This document shows, in pieces, positions 9,501 through 22,000 of a stretch of 45,772 bases of DNA. This DNA is from Chrysochromulina tobinii (lineage: Eukaryota), in contig JWZX01003354.1 in the NCBI GenBank assembly GCA_001275005.1, positions 1 through 45,772 of the forward strand, in the 5' to 3' direction. Position numbers and translations under genes: made by a program. Below the pieces are notes generated by a model, which had not been told where the DNA came from, searched no databases, and was given only the letters and a program-made list of their open reading frames with translations. Numbering within the stretch: position 1 is the stretch's first letter; every line of letters begins with the position of its first letter.

Positions 9501-12500
9501 TCGGTACCCGAGCTCTCGATCCCCTGAAGGATGCCGGCGAGCATGTTGGCTGTCAACCTCGCCACCCATGAGTCGGCGCTGAGCACGATCTCGAGGCGGA
9601 GATCATCGACGGTGCGGTTGAACGTGAGTTGGAACTCGCTCAGGTTCGTGAGCGCGCTGCCGCGTAGCTGCGCCGAGCCGGGCGTCGGCACGATGGTCAA
9701 GGCCTCTTGCAGCTCGAGCGTCGTGTTGGACATGAGCAGCGAGGAGTGGACCGTCAGATCGACCGCTTCGGGCAAGAGCACGTCGTACGTGCTCACGCGC
9801 GGCAGCGCGAGCTCGATCGTCTCGTTCGAGATGAGCGTGATCACGACGAAGCTAAAGTTGTTCACACCGGAGAGCCCGAGGAGCGCCGGCGTGACGGCGC
9901 GGTTCCAGCTGCTCGTGTTGCTGCTGCAGCTGCCGGCGCACAGCCCTCGCACAAGTGTGTCGGCGGCCTGGCGCCCCTCGGGGCTGTTAGGCGTGCGGAA
10001 GGCGTCCACCCAACGGTCGCCCACGGCGTTGATGAGCAGCGTCGACGTGCCGAACTGCAGCACCGATTCGACGGGCGAGTCCGCAAGGGTGCCATTCACG
10101 CTGAGGGTGCCCGGGGTCGCACGGATCAGGAGCGACGGGAATGCGACCATCGCGTTGCGCGAGACGACGGAGATGGCGGGGATCGCGAGCTCGACCACCT
10201 CGGGAGTGAAGATCTGGTACTGTGGCAGCGGCGGCAGCCGAAAGGTGAGCGTATCGCGCACGCCGCGCACACTCTGCATCGTGATCTCGGTGCGCCGATC
10301 GTACGTGATCGCCTCCCACACGATCCGGTTCCAGCCTCTCTCCTCGCGGCCATTGCTGAGCAAGTTGGCGGTGAGCGCCCGTAACGGCACCGAGCCGTGG
10401 AACTCGACGCCGGGCTCCCACAGATCGTTGATCAGGGTGAGCGTGAGTGTCGGCCGCTGCGCATTGACTTGGCCCACGTTCGTGCCGCCCACCTGCACAA
10501 AGTCCTCGCGGTTGCAGCAAGGCTGGCTAGGCGTGTTGCCTCCGCCCTGGAGCGCGAGCGAGCCGCTCGCGGTCGCGTAGCCCGAGGTGGCGAGGATCTC
10601 AATGGTCTGGCTGAGCGTGATCGCCTGGGCCGAGAGCAGCACCGACGAGTCGAAACGCAGCGTGAGCGTCTCGGGCGCGAGCACATTGTATTGCGCGTAG
10701 ATCGGGATTCGCATCTCGACCCGCGTGCCGTCGGCCGAGCGTGCCAGTGAGCGGTAGTCGAGGGTCGGGCGGATGATGGCGTTCCAGCCTCTAGCCTCAT
10801 TCTGCTGCGAGAGCACGCCGTCGATGAGCGCCACGCTCTCCGCAGTATCTTGCCCCACCTCCTCGACGAACCCGTCGGAGGCGATCTGGAAGACGAAGGT
10901 GGTCCCATTCGTCTGCAGGATGGTCTCCTGCACGGCGACCAGCAGCGGACCGTTGGGCCGCGTGCGCACGCTCAGCACGCCCACGGACGGCCGGATGATC
11001 CAGGGTTTCGTCAGCGTGGGGGCGCCTCGGGTCTTGACGGCGGCGACGGGCACCTTGAGAGAGATCGTCTCCGGGCGCACGATATCGTACTTTGGCAAGA
11101 GAGGCAGCTCGAGGTCGAGTTGCGTCGTCGTGGGCACGCGCACCCGGATCTGAGTGCGGTTGAGGGCGAGCTGCTCGTCGAAGCCGCCCGACTGGTGCGG
11201 CCGAGCCGCGGCGAGGCTGGCGATCAGCGCGTCGATGATCGACGGCACGGGCGCCTCCTCTGCTCGGACAAACGCGTACGCCACGCGCCCCACTCGGATC
11301 GCGTCGTCCCACTCGTCATCGACGAGATGCACCGAGATCGTGCGGTTGAGCTCGCGCTCACGCACATCCACCTCCGAGCCCGACTCAACCATGGCGCCCC
11401 CGAGAAAAAAGGTGCCCGGCGTCGGGAAGATTGTCACATCGTAGGGCACGGGCAGGTTCTGGTTTGAGCTCACAGAGATATTGGGCACCACGATGCGCAG
11501 CGTCTCGGGGACCGAGATGTCGTACTTTGGCAGTCGCGGCACGACGATGCGCACGACACTGTCCGAATCGCGGTACACGTGCTCGTGGGTGAGCGCCGGG
11601 GACACCACCTGGAGCCAGCCGTGAAGCTCCGCCTGGACCGGTACGATGCCCGCGAGCAGCGCACGTGTCGCATCCGAGTCGGTGCCGATGGAGGCCGCCC
11701 AGCGATCTCCGTGCAGCACGAGGGCTAGCGTTGGGGACTCCTCGAGCGGCCGGCGATCGGCGCTCGAGTGGTTTTGGATCGCATACTCACTCCGATGGCC
11801 AAAGGAGACCACGTTCCCATATGCGGCGGCCGAGGCTGGCTGCACGCGCAACAGCGGCTCGATCTTCGGCGGGTTGCGCGAGCGCACAAGCTCCGGCGCG
11901 AGCGCGAGCTGCACAATCTCGACCTCGAGGATGTCGTAATAGGGTACCGGCGGCAGCTCAAAGCGCAAGGTGCGCTCGTCGAGCAGGCTCACTAGCAGCG
12001 CGGGTCTGACCTGGTCGTCCCAGCCCGTGTACCGGTAGGTCTGCACCGAGTAATTGGTGCCGAGCGTCACATTGCCGTAGTAGAGCCGCTCGCCGAAGCG
12101 CTCGACGCGTGGCGTGAGTGCGGCGAAGCCGCTTACGAGCGCGCGCAGCAGGCTCGAGTTGTGCGCGGTGACGTTGGGCGCCCAAGTGTCCCCATAGAGC
12201 GTCACGTCGAGCAGGAGGGGCGGGTCGCCCGCGATGATGAAGCCTTCGCTCTGCTGGTCGATGAGGGAGCCGTTGAGGGTGACGAAGCCGGGCGACGGCA
12301 TGATGACGAGCGACGCGTTCGCGGCCACCGGCTGTCGCGACACGACGGCCTCTGGGGGGATGACGAAGATGAGCGTCTCTGGCTCCGAGATGGCATAGCT
12401 GGGGAAGGCAGGCAACGTGAGAGTGAGAGTGTAGTCGTCGTGACGTGTCAAGTGACGCGCGCTCAGCTGCGGCTGCACGACCGCGGCAAAGCCGAAGGGC

Positions 12501-13002
12501 TCTGCCTGTTGGCTCTGGAGCCCGCGCTCGAGCATCGCGTGCGAGGCGACCGACCCATCCAGGCCGACCTCCTCATCCCACTTCTCCTCCTCGAGCGTGA
12601 AGATGAGGTGGTACGGCTGCGGCATCTGCAGTGCCTCCTCGAGGGGCGTCTCGGCGAAGCTGCCCGAGACAAAGACGCGCCCGCCGAGCGCGGCGATGCT
12701 CACGGTCGCGTTGACCGTGAGCGGACGGCCCGAGCGGAGCGCCTCGCGCGGTATCTTCACCGAGAGGATCTCGGGCGCATCGAGATCGTACTGCGGCATT
12801 GGGGGCAGCGTGAGCGTCACCGTCGAGCCGTTACGTCGCAGCAGGTCACCGTTCAGCCTCGGCTGCACTGCACGCATCCACCCATGCTCCTCCAGGCGCG
12901 CCGACACGATGCCCGCCAGGAGCTTCGTCGTCGACTCTGAATAGACGCGGCGGATGAACATCTGGCACTCTCCGATGGTCGCATTCGAATCTGCGTTGGC
13001 GA

Positions 13003-13039
<37 letters not shown>

Positions 13040-16000
13040 AGCGGGCGGCGAAAGCCGCCGTTGCCGTTCAGCCCATGCGAGCGAGCTTGGTTCGGCCTCC
13101 ATCTGTCTTAACGCGTCCAGCCCAGCCATCGAGACCATCGTAGTCGCCGTGTCTATGGTCACGCTGACCAAGCCGAACAGGCGCTCGAGGTCCTGTACGC
13201 CCACGCCCATGGGCTCGAGTTCTCGATGGGTCGCCTCGACGCGGTCCGTGGCCTCAAGTCCCTCGGCACGCGCCGCTCGCCAGTCGGCGCCCCCAATGGC
13301 CAGAGAGGCCCACGAGGGCTTGAACAAAGGGGCGCCAGTGATGCCGTGGACGAACGTCTGCAGTCGCCACGGGTAGCCCCATGCCCAGGTCGAGGGTAGG
13401 GAGACGTTGGTGCCGTTGCCCACGTAGGCGCACGTCGCGTTGCTCTCATTGGTGGCGAGTGGGAAAGCAGGCAGCAGCGTCGCTGCGTTGGCCACGCACA
13501 TCGTCAGGTTCGTCAGGTTGACCGGTAGGGTCGCATTGGGAGGTGGGGGGTGCACGCAGACCTCAAACTCTTCCTCAACGTACTGCAGCAGGGAAGGATC
13601 CCAATCATCGCCGTCCAGGGTGATGTTCAGCGTCACTGCCGTCATCGGTCTCGTTGTGTCGTGCAACCCTTCGGATCTCCGATTCGTCAGCGGCGGCATG
13701 ATGGAGCCATCGCCCGCGCGTACATCCGACTCGGTACGCAGCACGCTGCTCAGCGAGGCCGCCCCTCGCTCGGGACGGATCACGACGCTCGGAAGCACCA
13801 TGAGCGGAGCGACGCGCGAGACCACGGCGGAGGCAGGGACCGCGAGTGTGACGGTCTCCGGGCGCGTGATCGAATAGTTGGCCACGCGCGGCACTGTTAT
13901 GGTGATTTGGCGCGGGCCGTCTCGCACAAGGGTGCCCTGCGCGAGCAGCAGCGGCCGCACGACGTCGTTCCAACCACCCTCGTCGTCCCGTGTCGACACG
14001 ACCGCCCCGAGCAACTCGCGTGCCGCCGACGTATTGGTCGCATTGCTGCTGCTTTCCTTGTCGAGGGTGGCTGAGAAGGTGTCCCCGAGGAGAGTGAGCA
14101 CGATGGTCGTCGGTGCCTCCTGCACCGCTGTCTCCACGCCCAGCTGGCTCAGGGAGCCGCCACTGACGGAGGCCTCCCCTGGGCGCGGCTGGACGACGAG
14201 AAGGCCGTGGCTCGATAGGTTTCGGCCCGACGAGACGAGATGAGCGGGGATGGTCACATCGATCGTCTCGGGCTCGTCGATTTCGTACGTGCCGGTCTGG
14301 GGGAGGACGAGAAGGCACCTCGAGTCGCTCAATCTCGTGAGATAGCGGCTCGAACGGCCGAGCAGCGGGCGCACGACGCGATTCCAGCCGCTCGACTCGC
14401 GCGCGCCGCCGCTCGCAAAGAGCGAGGAGAGCACCGCCTCGCTGGCCCAGCGATCATGGCCCACGTCATGACGGAAAGTGTTGCCGAGGAGCTCGATCAC
14501 CACCTGGAGCGTCTGCGGGCCAGATATCGCGAGCTCATTTGACGAATTCAGCAGCGCCTCGGCGGCCGCGCACGACGAGGCTGTCATGCAAGGCGCACCT
14601 CGGGCGAGGGCGAGGCCATCCGACGTGAAGGCAGCGACGCCCGCGGAGGCCGTGATGGTGAAGGACGGCACGCTGGGTGGAACTTGGCCCGAACTGACTG
14701 CACTGGCAGGCACCTCAATCGCAATCGTCTCGGGAGCCGAGATGTCGTAACCGCCCAAGCCTCGGAAGTAGAGGGCGAGCGTCGTGTTCGAGAGCAGTTG
14801 GAAGTGGTCGACGCTGAGCGACGGGCGCATCAGGGCTCCCCAGCCGTTGGGCTCGTTCTGCGCCGAGACGAGGCCTTGGAGCACGCCGGCGCTCGGACTC
14901 GCGCCGAATGTGTCGCCCACGAGCTCGATCGTGACATTCTGCAGCGCCCCGCTCTGCATGGCAGCTTCGTCGACGCTGCCGCCATCGATCATCGAGCCAT
15001 ATGCGACGAGCCCCTCGGCCCCGGCCACCTGGATCACAAAGGGGGGTGACGCCAGGATGGTCTGTCGGGAGGCGAGCAGCTCGCCAGGGATTCGAATCTC
15101 AATGGTCTCCGGCTCGGAGATCTGGTAGGCCGCCGCGGGGTCGAAGTTGATCGAGATCGTGGTCTCGAGTGCGCTCGATCGGATTTCGTCACTCGAGCAC
15201 GCGATCACCACGCCATTCATCGCGCACACGATGCTCACTGCCGCGCATTCGGTGCCCACGCACGTGGCCTCGAGAGCTGGGCGCACCACACTGGCCCACG
15301 CGCCGGCAGCGCCCCCCAGGGAGCCGAAGAGGATGGACGGGATGCCCGACTCGTCGCCCACAAAGATGTCGTCCAGCAGGCGCACGCGCAGCTGCGAGGC
15401 GCTCATCTGGACCGTGACCTCTCGTGCGTCGTTCAGGAGGGAGCCCGAGACGTACGCGCGGCCGACGGCGGGCAGCACTGAGAAGGGCGCGTTCGCAATG
15501 TGGCCGTCGGCGGCGCGAAGCTCGTTGCCCGAGAGCAAGCACGCGCGCGGGATGGCCGCGGTGATGCGCTCGGCACCCCGGTCGAGCTTGTAGATGAGGA
15601 GCTGTGGCAGCTGGATGGAGAGTGTCGTGTACGACTCCCGGATGAGGGCAGTCTCAAGCCGCTCGCGAAGGGCCACCTGGACGACGTTCTGCCATCCAAA
15701 CTCCTGCGTCGCGCCCGCGTCCAGCGTGAGTCGGTCGACCATCGCGGTCGTGCACAAGTCCTGCGTGCCATCCGGGGCGAGCTGGCCCAAGGTGGGTACC
15801 CACCGCTCGCCCTGGAGTAGTGTGAGCACGAGGCGAGCGCCCATGACGGACTGCACCTGCCGCTCGTACGAGTCCGCGAGGAGACTGCCCGAGAGCGCCG
15901 CGCTGCCACGCTGGGGCGTGATGATGAACAACGGCCCGCTCGCGAGACGTGGCTGGCCGGAGACGAGCGCTGCGCCGGGCACGACCAGCCGGAGAGTCTC

Positions 16001-19000
16001 GGGCGCGACGAGCTCGTAGCTCGGGTGGCCGGAGATGATGATCTCGATGCGTGCGTTCGAGATGCGCCGCACGGCGCTGGCCGTGAGCTGCGGACGCACG
16101 ACGGCATTCCACGACGACGCCTCGGATTGCATGCTCACGATGCCCGCGAGCAACGCGCTCGTGGCATCGCTTTCGCTGCCGAGACTCGCGACCCAAGCAT
16201 CGTTTACGAGGTCCACAAAGGTCTCGTAGTCGGCGACCGTGTCTCGCACGTCAGCGGCCGTGAGCTGAACCGTGCGCGCCGTCGGAGAGAAGAAGGGCTG
16301 GTACCACCTCGGCGCGCCCGGCACGGCGCTGATCACAAACGAGGGCGACACAGGAAAGGCGACGCGCGACTCGAGAGCGGCGGCAGGCAGCGTGACCACG
16401 ACGGTCTCGGGCACGTTGATCGCATAGCTCTGCTGCAGCGCGTAGCGCACCAGAATGCGCACCGCAGTCGCGCTGATCCGGTACACATTCTCCGGCCTCA
16501 ATCCGAGAGCGAGGGTGCTACCCACGCCCGCGATCAGCGCGAGCGTCGCCTCCGACGTCGGGATCCCCACGCTGGGCACAAACGAGTCCGCAGAGAGCGA
16601 GATCACGAGCGTGTGGTCAATGGTCCGTATGGCGGATTCGTTCACGTTCCCGACGAGCGTGCCGGAGAGCAACGCGCGCCGTGGACGCAGCATGAGCGTT
16701 GGGTTGCACACGATGTCGGCCAGGCCAAAGTCGCCGGCAAGCCGCTCGTGCAGCATGGTGGCGGCGGCGGGCACCGTCAGGGTGACGCGCTCCACGGCAG
16801 AGAGCCGCAGCGCACGGAGCGGGGGCAGCTGGATGAGCAGCGCCTGCGCACCGAGCTGCACGAGCGACACGTTGCCGTCCGCCACGGAGGCGCTGTACTG
16901 AGCGTTGAACCCATGAGGCGCCGCGTCGCCTCCGATGGCATGCAAGCCGGCGAGCACGCTCTTGATGGCCATCTCATCGAGCGGCTGCAGCAGGCTCGTG
17001 CCCGTCAGCGTGACGGTCAGGTGGGTGGCTTGCGACTGCAGTACGCCCTCGTGCGGAGCCTCGAGGAGCGAGCCGGAGAGGCGCGCCGAGGCACCACTGG
17101 CGCTGATCACAATCGGGGACTCGACTTTGGTCGTGCGTCCGCTGACGATGGCCGCCGCAGGCACGGTGATCATGAGAGTCTCGGGCTCGAGTGGCCGATA
17201 CTGTGGGGTCGGAGGGAGCGAGATCCGGACAGTCGTGTCGCTCAATCGCGCCAAATGGAGGTTCGTCATCGCCGGGCGCAAGGTCAACGAGAAGGGGTGC
17301 TGCTCCAAAAACGGCCGAGTGCCGTCCGAATGGAGGACGCGAGCGCTTTGGGACGGTAGGTACTTGGAAGGTGGCGAGCTCGGCGGCAGCGGTGCGGGCG
17401 GCATCAACGGCGGCGTGAGTGGCGGTGGAGGCGGCGGCGGTGGGTACGGCAGATAGAGGCTTCCAACGGCCTCGTGTCGAACTCGGGCCACGTCCGTTAT
17501 CTCCACCGGCTCGAAGCTGCTCACCAGCTGATTGCTCATCTCATTCTGCAGCCCGATCGCAGGGCTCCACGCATCCTCGAGCAGCGTGAGCTCCAGCGTG
17601 GAGTCAGGGTTCTCTCGTAGCCTGTCGTCCGTGGCGCGATCAAGCAGACCTCCCGAGAGGCGAATCACGGCCTCCGTCGCGAGAATCACGAGTGTCGCCG
17701 GCCGTGAGGCACGTCGCCCCGATTCGACGGCCGAGGCCGGGACGGTGACGTAGATGGTCTCCGGTGCACTCACGTCGTACCGGTAGGCCTGTGGGATCGA
17801 AATGGTGACGCTGCTTGCACTCGCATAGTCCCACGCCACGTGAGCGAACGAGAGCTGCGGGCGCACGATGGCATTCCAGCCGCCCGCCCACTTGTCGGTC
17901 GAGAAGATGCCGTCAAGGAGCGCGGTGGACGCCTCGCCAGGGAGCACGACACGAGAGAGGAATCGATCTCCCTGGAGCGAGATGGTGAGCGTGTTGCCCC
18001 CAGCCACGCGTAACGTCGCCTCTTCGGCCGCGGGGAAGAGAGGACCGCTGAGCACGATCGCCGCAGGGGCCGCGCCGATCACGATGCCGCGTGCGGGGTC
18101 GGTAATGAGCCTCTGGCTCGAGCTTACGGCGCTTGCGGGGACGGTGATCACGAGGGTTTCGGGGGATCGGATCTCGTAAGAGCTCAGCGGAGGCATGCTG
18201 ATGACCAACTCCCGATCGCTCACGCGGGTCACCGCGGTCACGTTGCGCGCGACAAGCTCCGGAGAGAGCACTGCATTCCAACCGGCCTCCTCGTCCTGCA
18301 GCGAGAGGAGCCCCGCCAAGAGTGCCGACGAGAGCCCGGGCTCCACCCCAACGCCCGCTGCCCACGTGTCATCCGTGAGTGTGATGCGGAGGTGCAGTCC
18401 ACCCTGGCAGCATAACACCTCCTCGGTCGGCTGCTCGACGAGGCGGCCGCTCACACTGGCTCGCCCCTTGATTGGGAAGATGACAAAGGACGGCGCGCGC
18501 ACGACCTGCGCGGAGCTCACCGCGATTGGAGGCACCACCACCTCAATCGTCTCGGGCTCACTCACATCGTACGAGGCAAACTGATCGATGGTGATGGTGA
18601 CGATGAAGTCGGTGGTGCGCTCGACATTGCGCTGTGGAATGCCCGGCCGGACAATGGAGTTCCAACCGTACTCCTCCGACTGTAAGCTCGTCAAGCCTCG
18701 AAGCAGCTGCGCCGAGGCGCCCTCGCCCGTCTCGTCTTGCTGGCCGACTCCCTGCGTCCACGAGTCTCCCGTGAGCGTGATGATGATCTGGTACGAGGTG
18801 ACGGAGCGGATCGAGGTTTCGTTCGCGGCGGTGAAGAAGCTGCCTGAGAGCCGAATGGTGCCCGTGTTGGCGCTAATCTGGAGCGCCGAAGACGATTCGC
18901 CGATGCCCGCAAAGGTCTCCTGCCGCGACGCGAGCGCGCCCGGCGGCAGATTGACCGAGATCGTCTCGGCACGGAGAAGGTTATACGAGGGGAAGCTCGG

Positions 19001-22000
19001 GAGGGTGAGGGTGATGGAGGAGCCCTCAACGTAGCTCAGGTCGTTGTACGTGAGCGCGTTGCGCACCACTCCGTTCCACCCGCTGTCCTCGCTCTGCGCC
19101 GAGACGAAGGCGCCGTGCACCTGTGCGGTCAAGCTTTGTGTCGTGCCATCGCCCCGCTGGCCAATGCCGTAGGCCCATGTATCGCCGACTAGAGTCACGG
19201 TGACCTGCATACCGCCGCCCTGCACGTCCGTCTCCGAATTATTAGCGACCAGAGAGCCGGAGAGCAAGGCGGTGCCAGCAGTGGGGTTGATCACCACCGG
19301 CGGCTGCGCCACCATGTGCCGGCCGGAGCGGATGGCCTCCTCCGGCACCATTATCACAATCGTCTCAGGCGCCGTAATATCGTACGCGGATCGGGCGTCG
19401 TTGGGCAGCATGATTTGGAGCGTCTGGTTATTGAGACGCGTCAGGTGGAAGGGCGTGAGCGCCGGCTGGATGGTTTGGCCCCACCCCGCCGGCTCGTTCT
19501 GCTGCGAGCGCAGGTTGGCGATGAGGGCACGCGCGGCGGCCTCGTTGGCATGCATCATCGTGCCGTTGCCGAGACTGTTGTAGACGAAATAGTTGACGCC
19601 GAGACCATCGGCCCACGCGTCCTGGAGAAGGGTGAGCAGAATCGTCGGCGGGTCGCGCGCACTCGTGATGGCGTATTCGGTCGGCTCGGCCAGTAGCGTG
19701 CCGCTTGCGAGCAGCGTGCCATTGGACGCGAGGATCCGGAGCCTCGGCGTCGCTACGATGGGCTGCGCCGACACGAGAGCCGCCGCGGGGATGCGCACCT
19801 CGATCATCTCCGGAGCCTCGATGTCGTACGAGAGGAAGCGCGGCAGTCGAATGACGACCGTTCGGGGGCCGGCGCGTGACACATGCACCTGCCCGAGACC
19901 AGGCTGCACGACCGCGGCCCAGCCGTTTGGTTCGGAGGCCCCCCCGAGGGGCACGAGGCCATCCAACAGAGCCCGGGCAACGGCCGCATCCTCCCCAGGC
20001 TCCTGACGGCCGACGTTACTTCGCCACGAGTCGCCGATCAGGGTGATTGCGATCTCGAGGGTCTGGGCCGAGCGCACCCCCTCCTCTGAAGGCTCGATGA
20101 GGAAGGTGCCCGACAGCCGCGCACGCCCGGTCGAGGGTCGCACGATGAGGGGCGCCGCGAGCTCGACCGGGGCGCCACTCAACAGGGCAGCCGGCGGCAC
20201 GAAGAACACGAGCGTCTCGGGGCTCGTGATGGCATAACTGGCCACCGGTGGGATGGTGATTGCGAGGGTCACGTCGTCCAAGCGTTGCACATCCTCGGCG
20301 CGCAGCGCCGGTCGAACGACGGCGTGCCAACCAGCGGGCTCCGATTGGCACGAGATCAGGCCCTCGAGCAACGCAACGGCCAACCGCCTCTCCGCTTCCC
20401 CCATGTGAGGGAGTCCAACGATCGGCGACCAGATGTCACCTTCTAGGATCAGGGTCAGGTTGGTCGACGTATCGCTCTGCAGCACAGCCTCGAAGGGGTG
20501 CTCGTGCAGGTGCCCCCCAAAGCGTGCACGGCGTGAGTCCGTGCGGAGCACCAATGGCGGCGACGCGACGATGGTGGCGGCCGAGGCGACCGCGGCGGGC
20601 GGAAGACGCACTACTAGGGTCTCAGGCGTCGTGATGCGGTAGGCCGGCACGGGTGGCAGCTCGAAGATCAGCGTATCGTCGCCCTCGAGCGTCGCGTTGC
20701 GCCCTCTCAGGCTGCTGCGCACTTGAGCATTCCACCCGTTGCGCTCGTCGCCCTGAGAAAGCATCGAGGTTACGATCTCGTCGATGACGTGACGCGCCGC
20801 GAGCGCTGCTTGTTCGTTGGTAGACCAGCTCGTAGCCACGCGTGTGGCTGCACTCCATTGATCGCCGACCAGAGTGATGCGCAACGTGTGACCTCCGCGT
20901 CGGACGGCGCTCTCGCTCGGAGGCGCGCCGAGCAAGGAGCCGCTGAGCACGGCTCGGCCGGGCGTCGCTCGGATCACCACACTCGGCGCGGCGACGATGG
21001 GCAGGTTGGAGCGCACGGCAATCTCAGGGATGCGCAGGGTGAGCGTCTCCGGATTCGACACCTCATACTGCGCAAACTGCTTAAGGTTGATTTCGAGCTC
21101 GCGCGCGGACAGACGCCGGAGCCGACGAAAGTCGAGGCCGGCGAGGACGATGCGGTTCCAGCCAGCCGCCTCATGCTGTTCCGAGGTAAAGCCCGCCAGC
21201 AGAGCCGCGGTAGCCTCGGAGTTCGCGCCGACGCTCGGCACGAACTCGTCGCCACGGAGGACGACCCGAACGCTCAGGGGCGTGGAGGAGGTGAGGGCGG
21301 CTTCGGAGCAGTTTCGAAGCAGCGCACTCTCATGCCAGAGCTCGGCGACGCCACGGGTCGGGTTGATGCGCACGACGCCCGCGGCCCGTACGCGCTGGCG
21401 CGAGGCGAGCGCGTCGGGCGGGATCGTGAGCGTGAGCGACTCGGGGGCGGTGATGTCATACTCGGGCACTTGCGGGATAGTCACCGTCGCTACGGTACTC
21501 CCGTTCGAGAGCTTCCACAGCCGGTGATCGAGCGTTGGACCCACGACGCGATTGAAGCCATACCACTCATGCTCGCCAACGCGCAACCCAGACTGGAGCT
21601 GGCTGAATGCGCCCGCGCCCGTGTCGTACTCGGCTGCCTCGGCTCGGAAGGTGTCGTTGACGAGGTGGGCCTCGAGAGTATACGAGATGGCGGAGCGCAC
21701 ACTCTCCTCATCCGCGTGCTCGAGAAACGAGCCGCCGCGCACGATGGTCACCGTCCCGGGCTCGGGCAAGACCACGAGGCGCAAGGCCACCTCGAGCGAC
21801 TGTGCCGAGCGTACTGCGACGCTCGGGATGGTCAGTGCGATCGTTTCGGGCACGCGGATGTCGTAGGCTGGCTGCGCTGCGAGCGTGATGGTGACCGTCG
21901 TGGCGTCAACGCGCCTTACATGCCGTGGGAGCAGCAGCGGCCGCACCACCGCATCGAAGCCACGATCTCCCTGCGCGAGGAGTGCATCCTCTCCCTCGGG

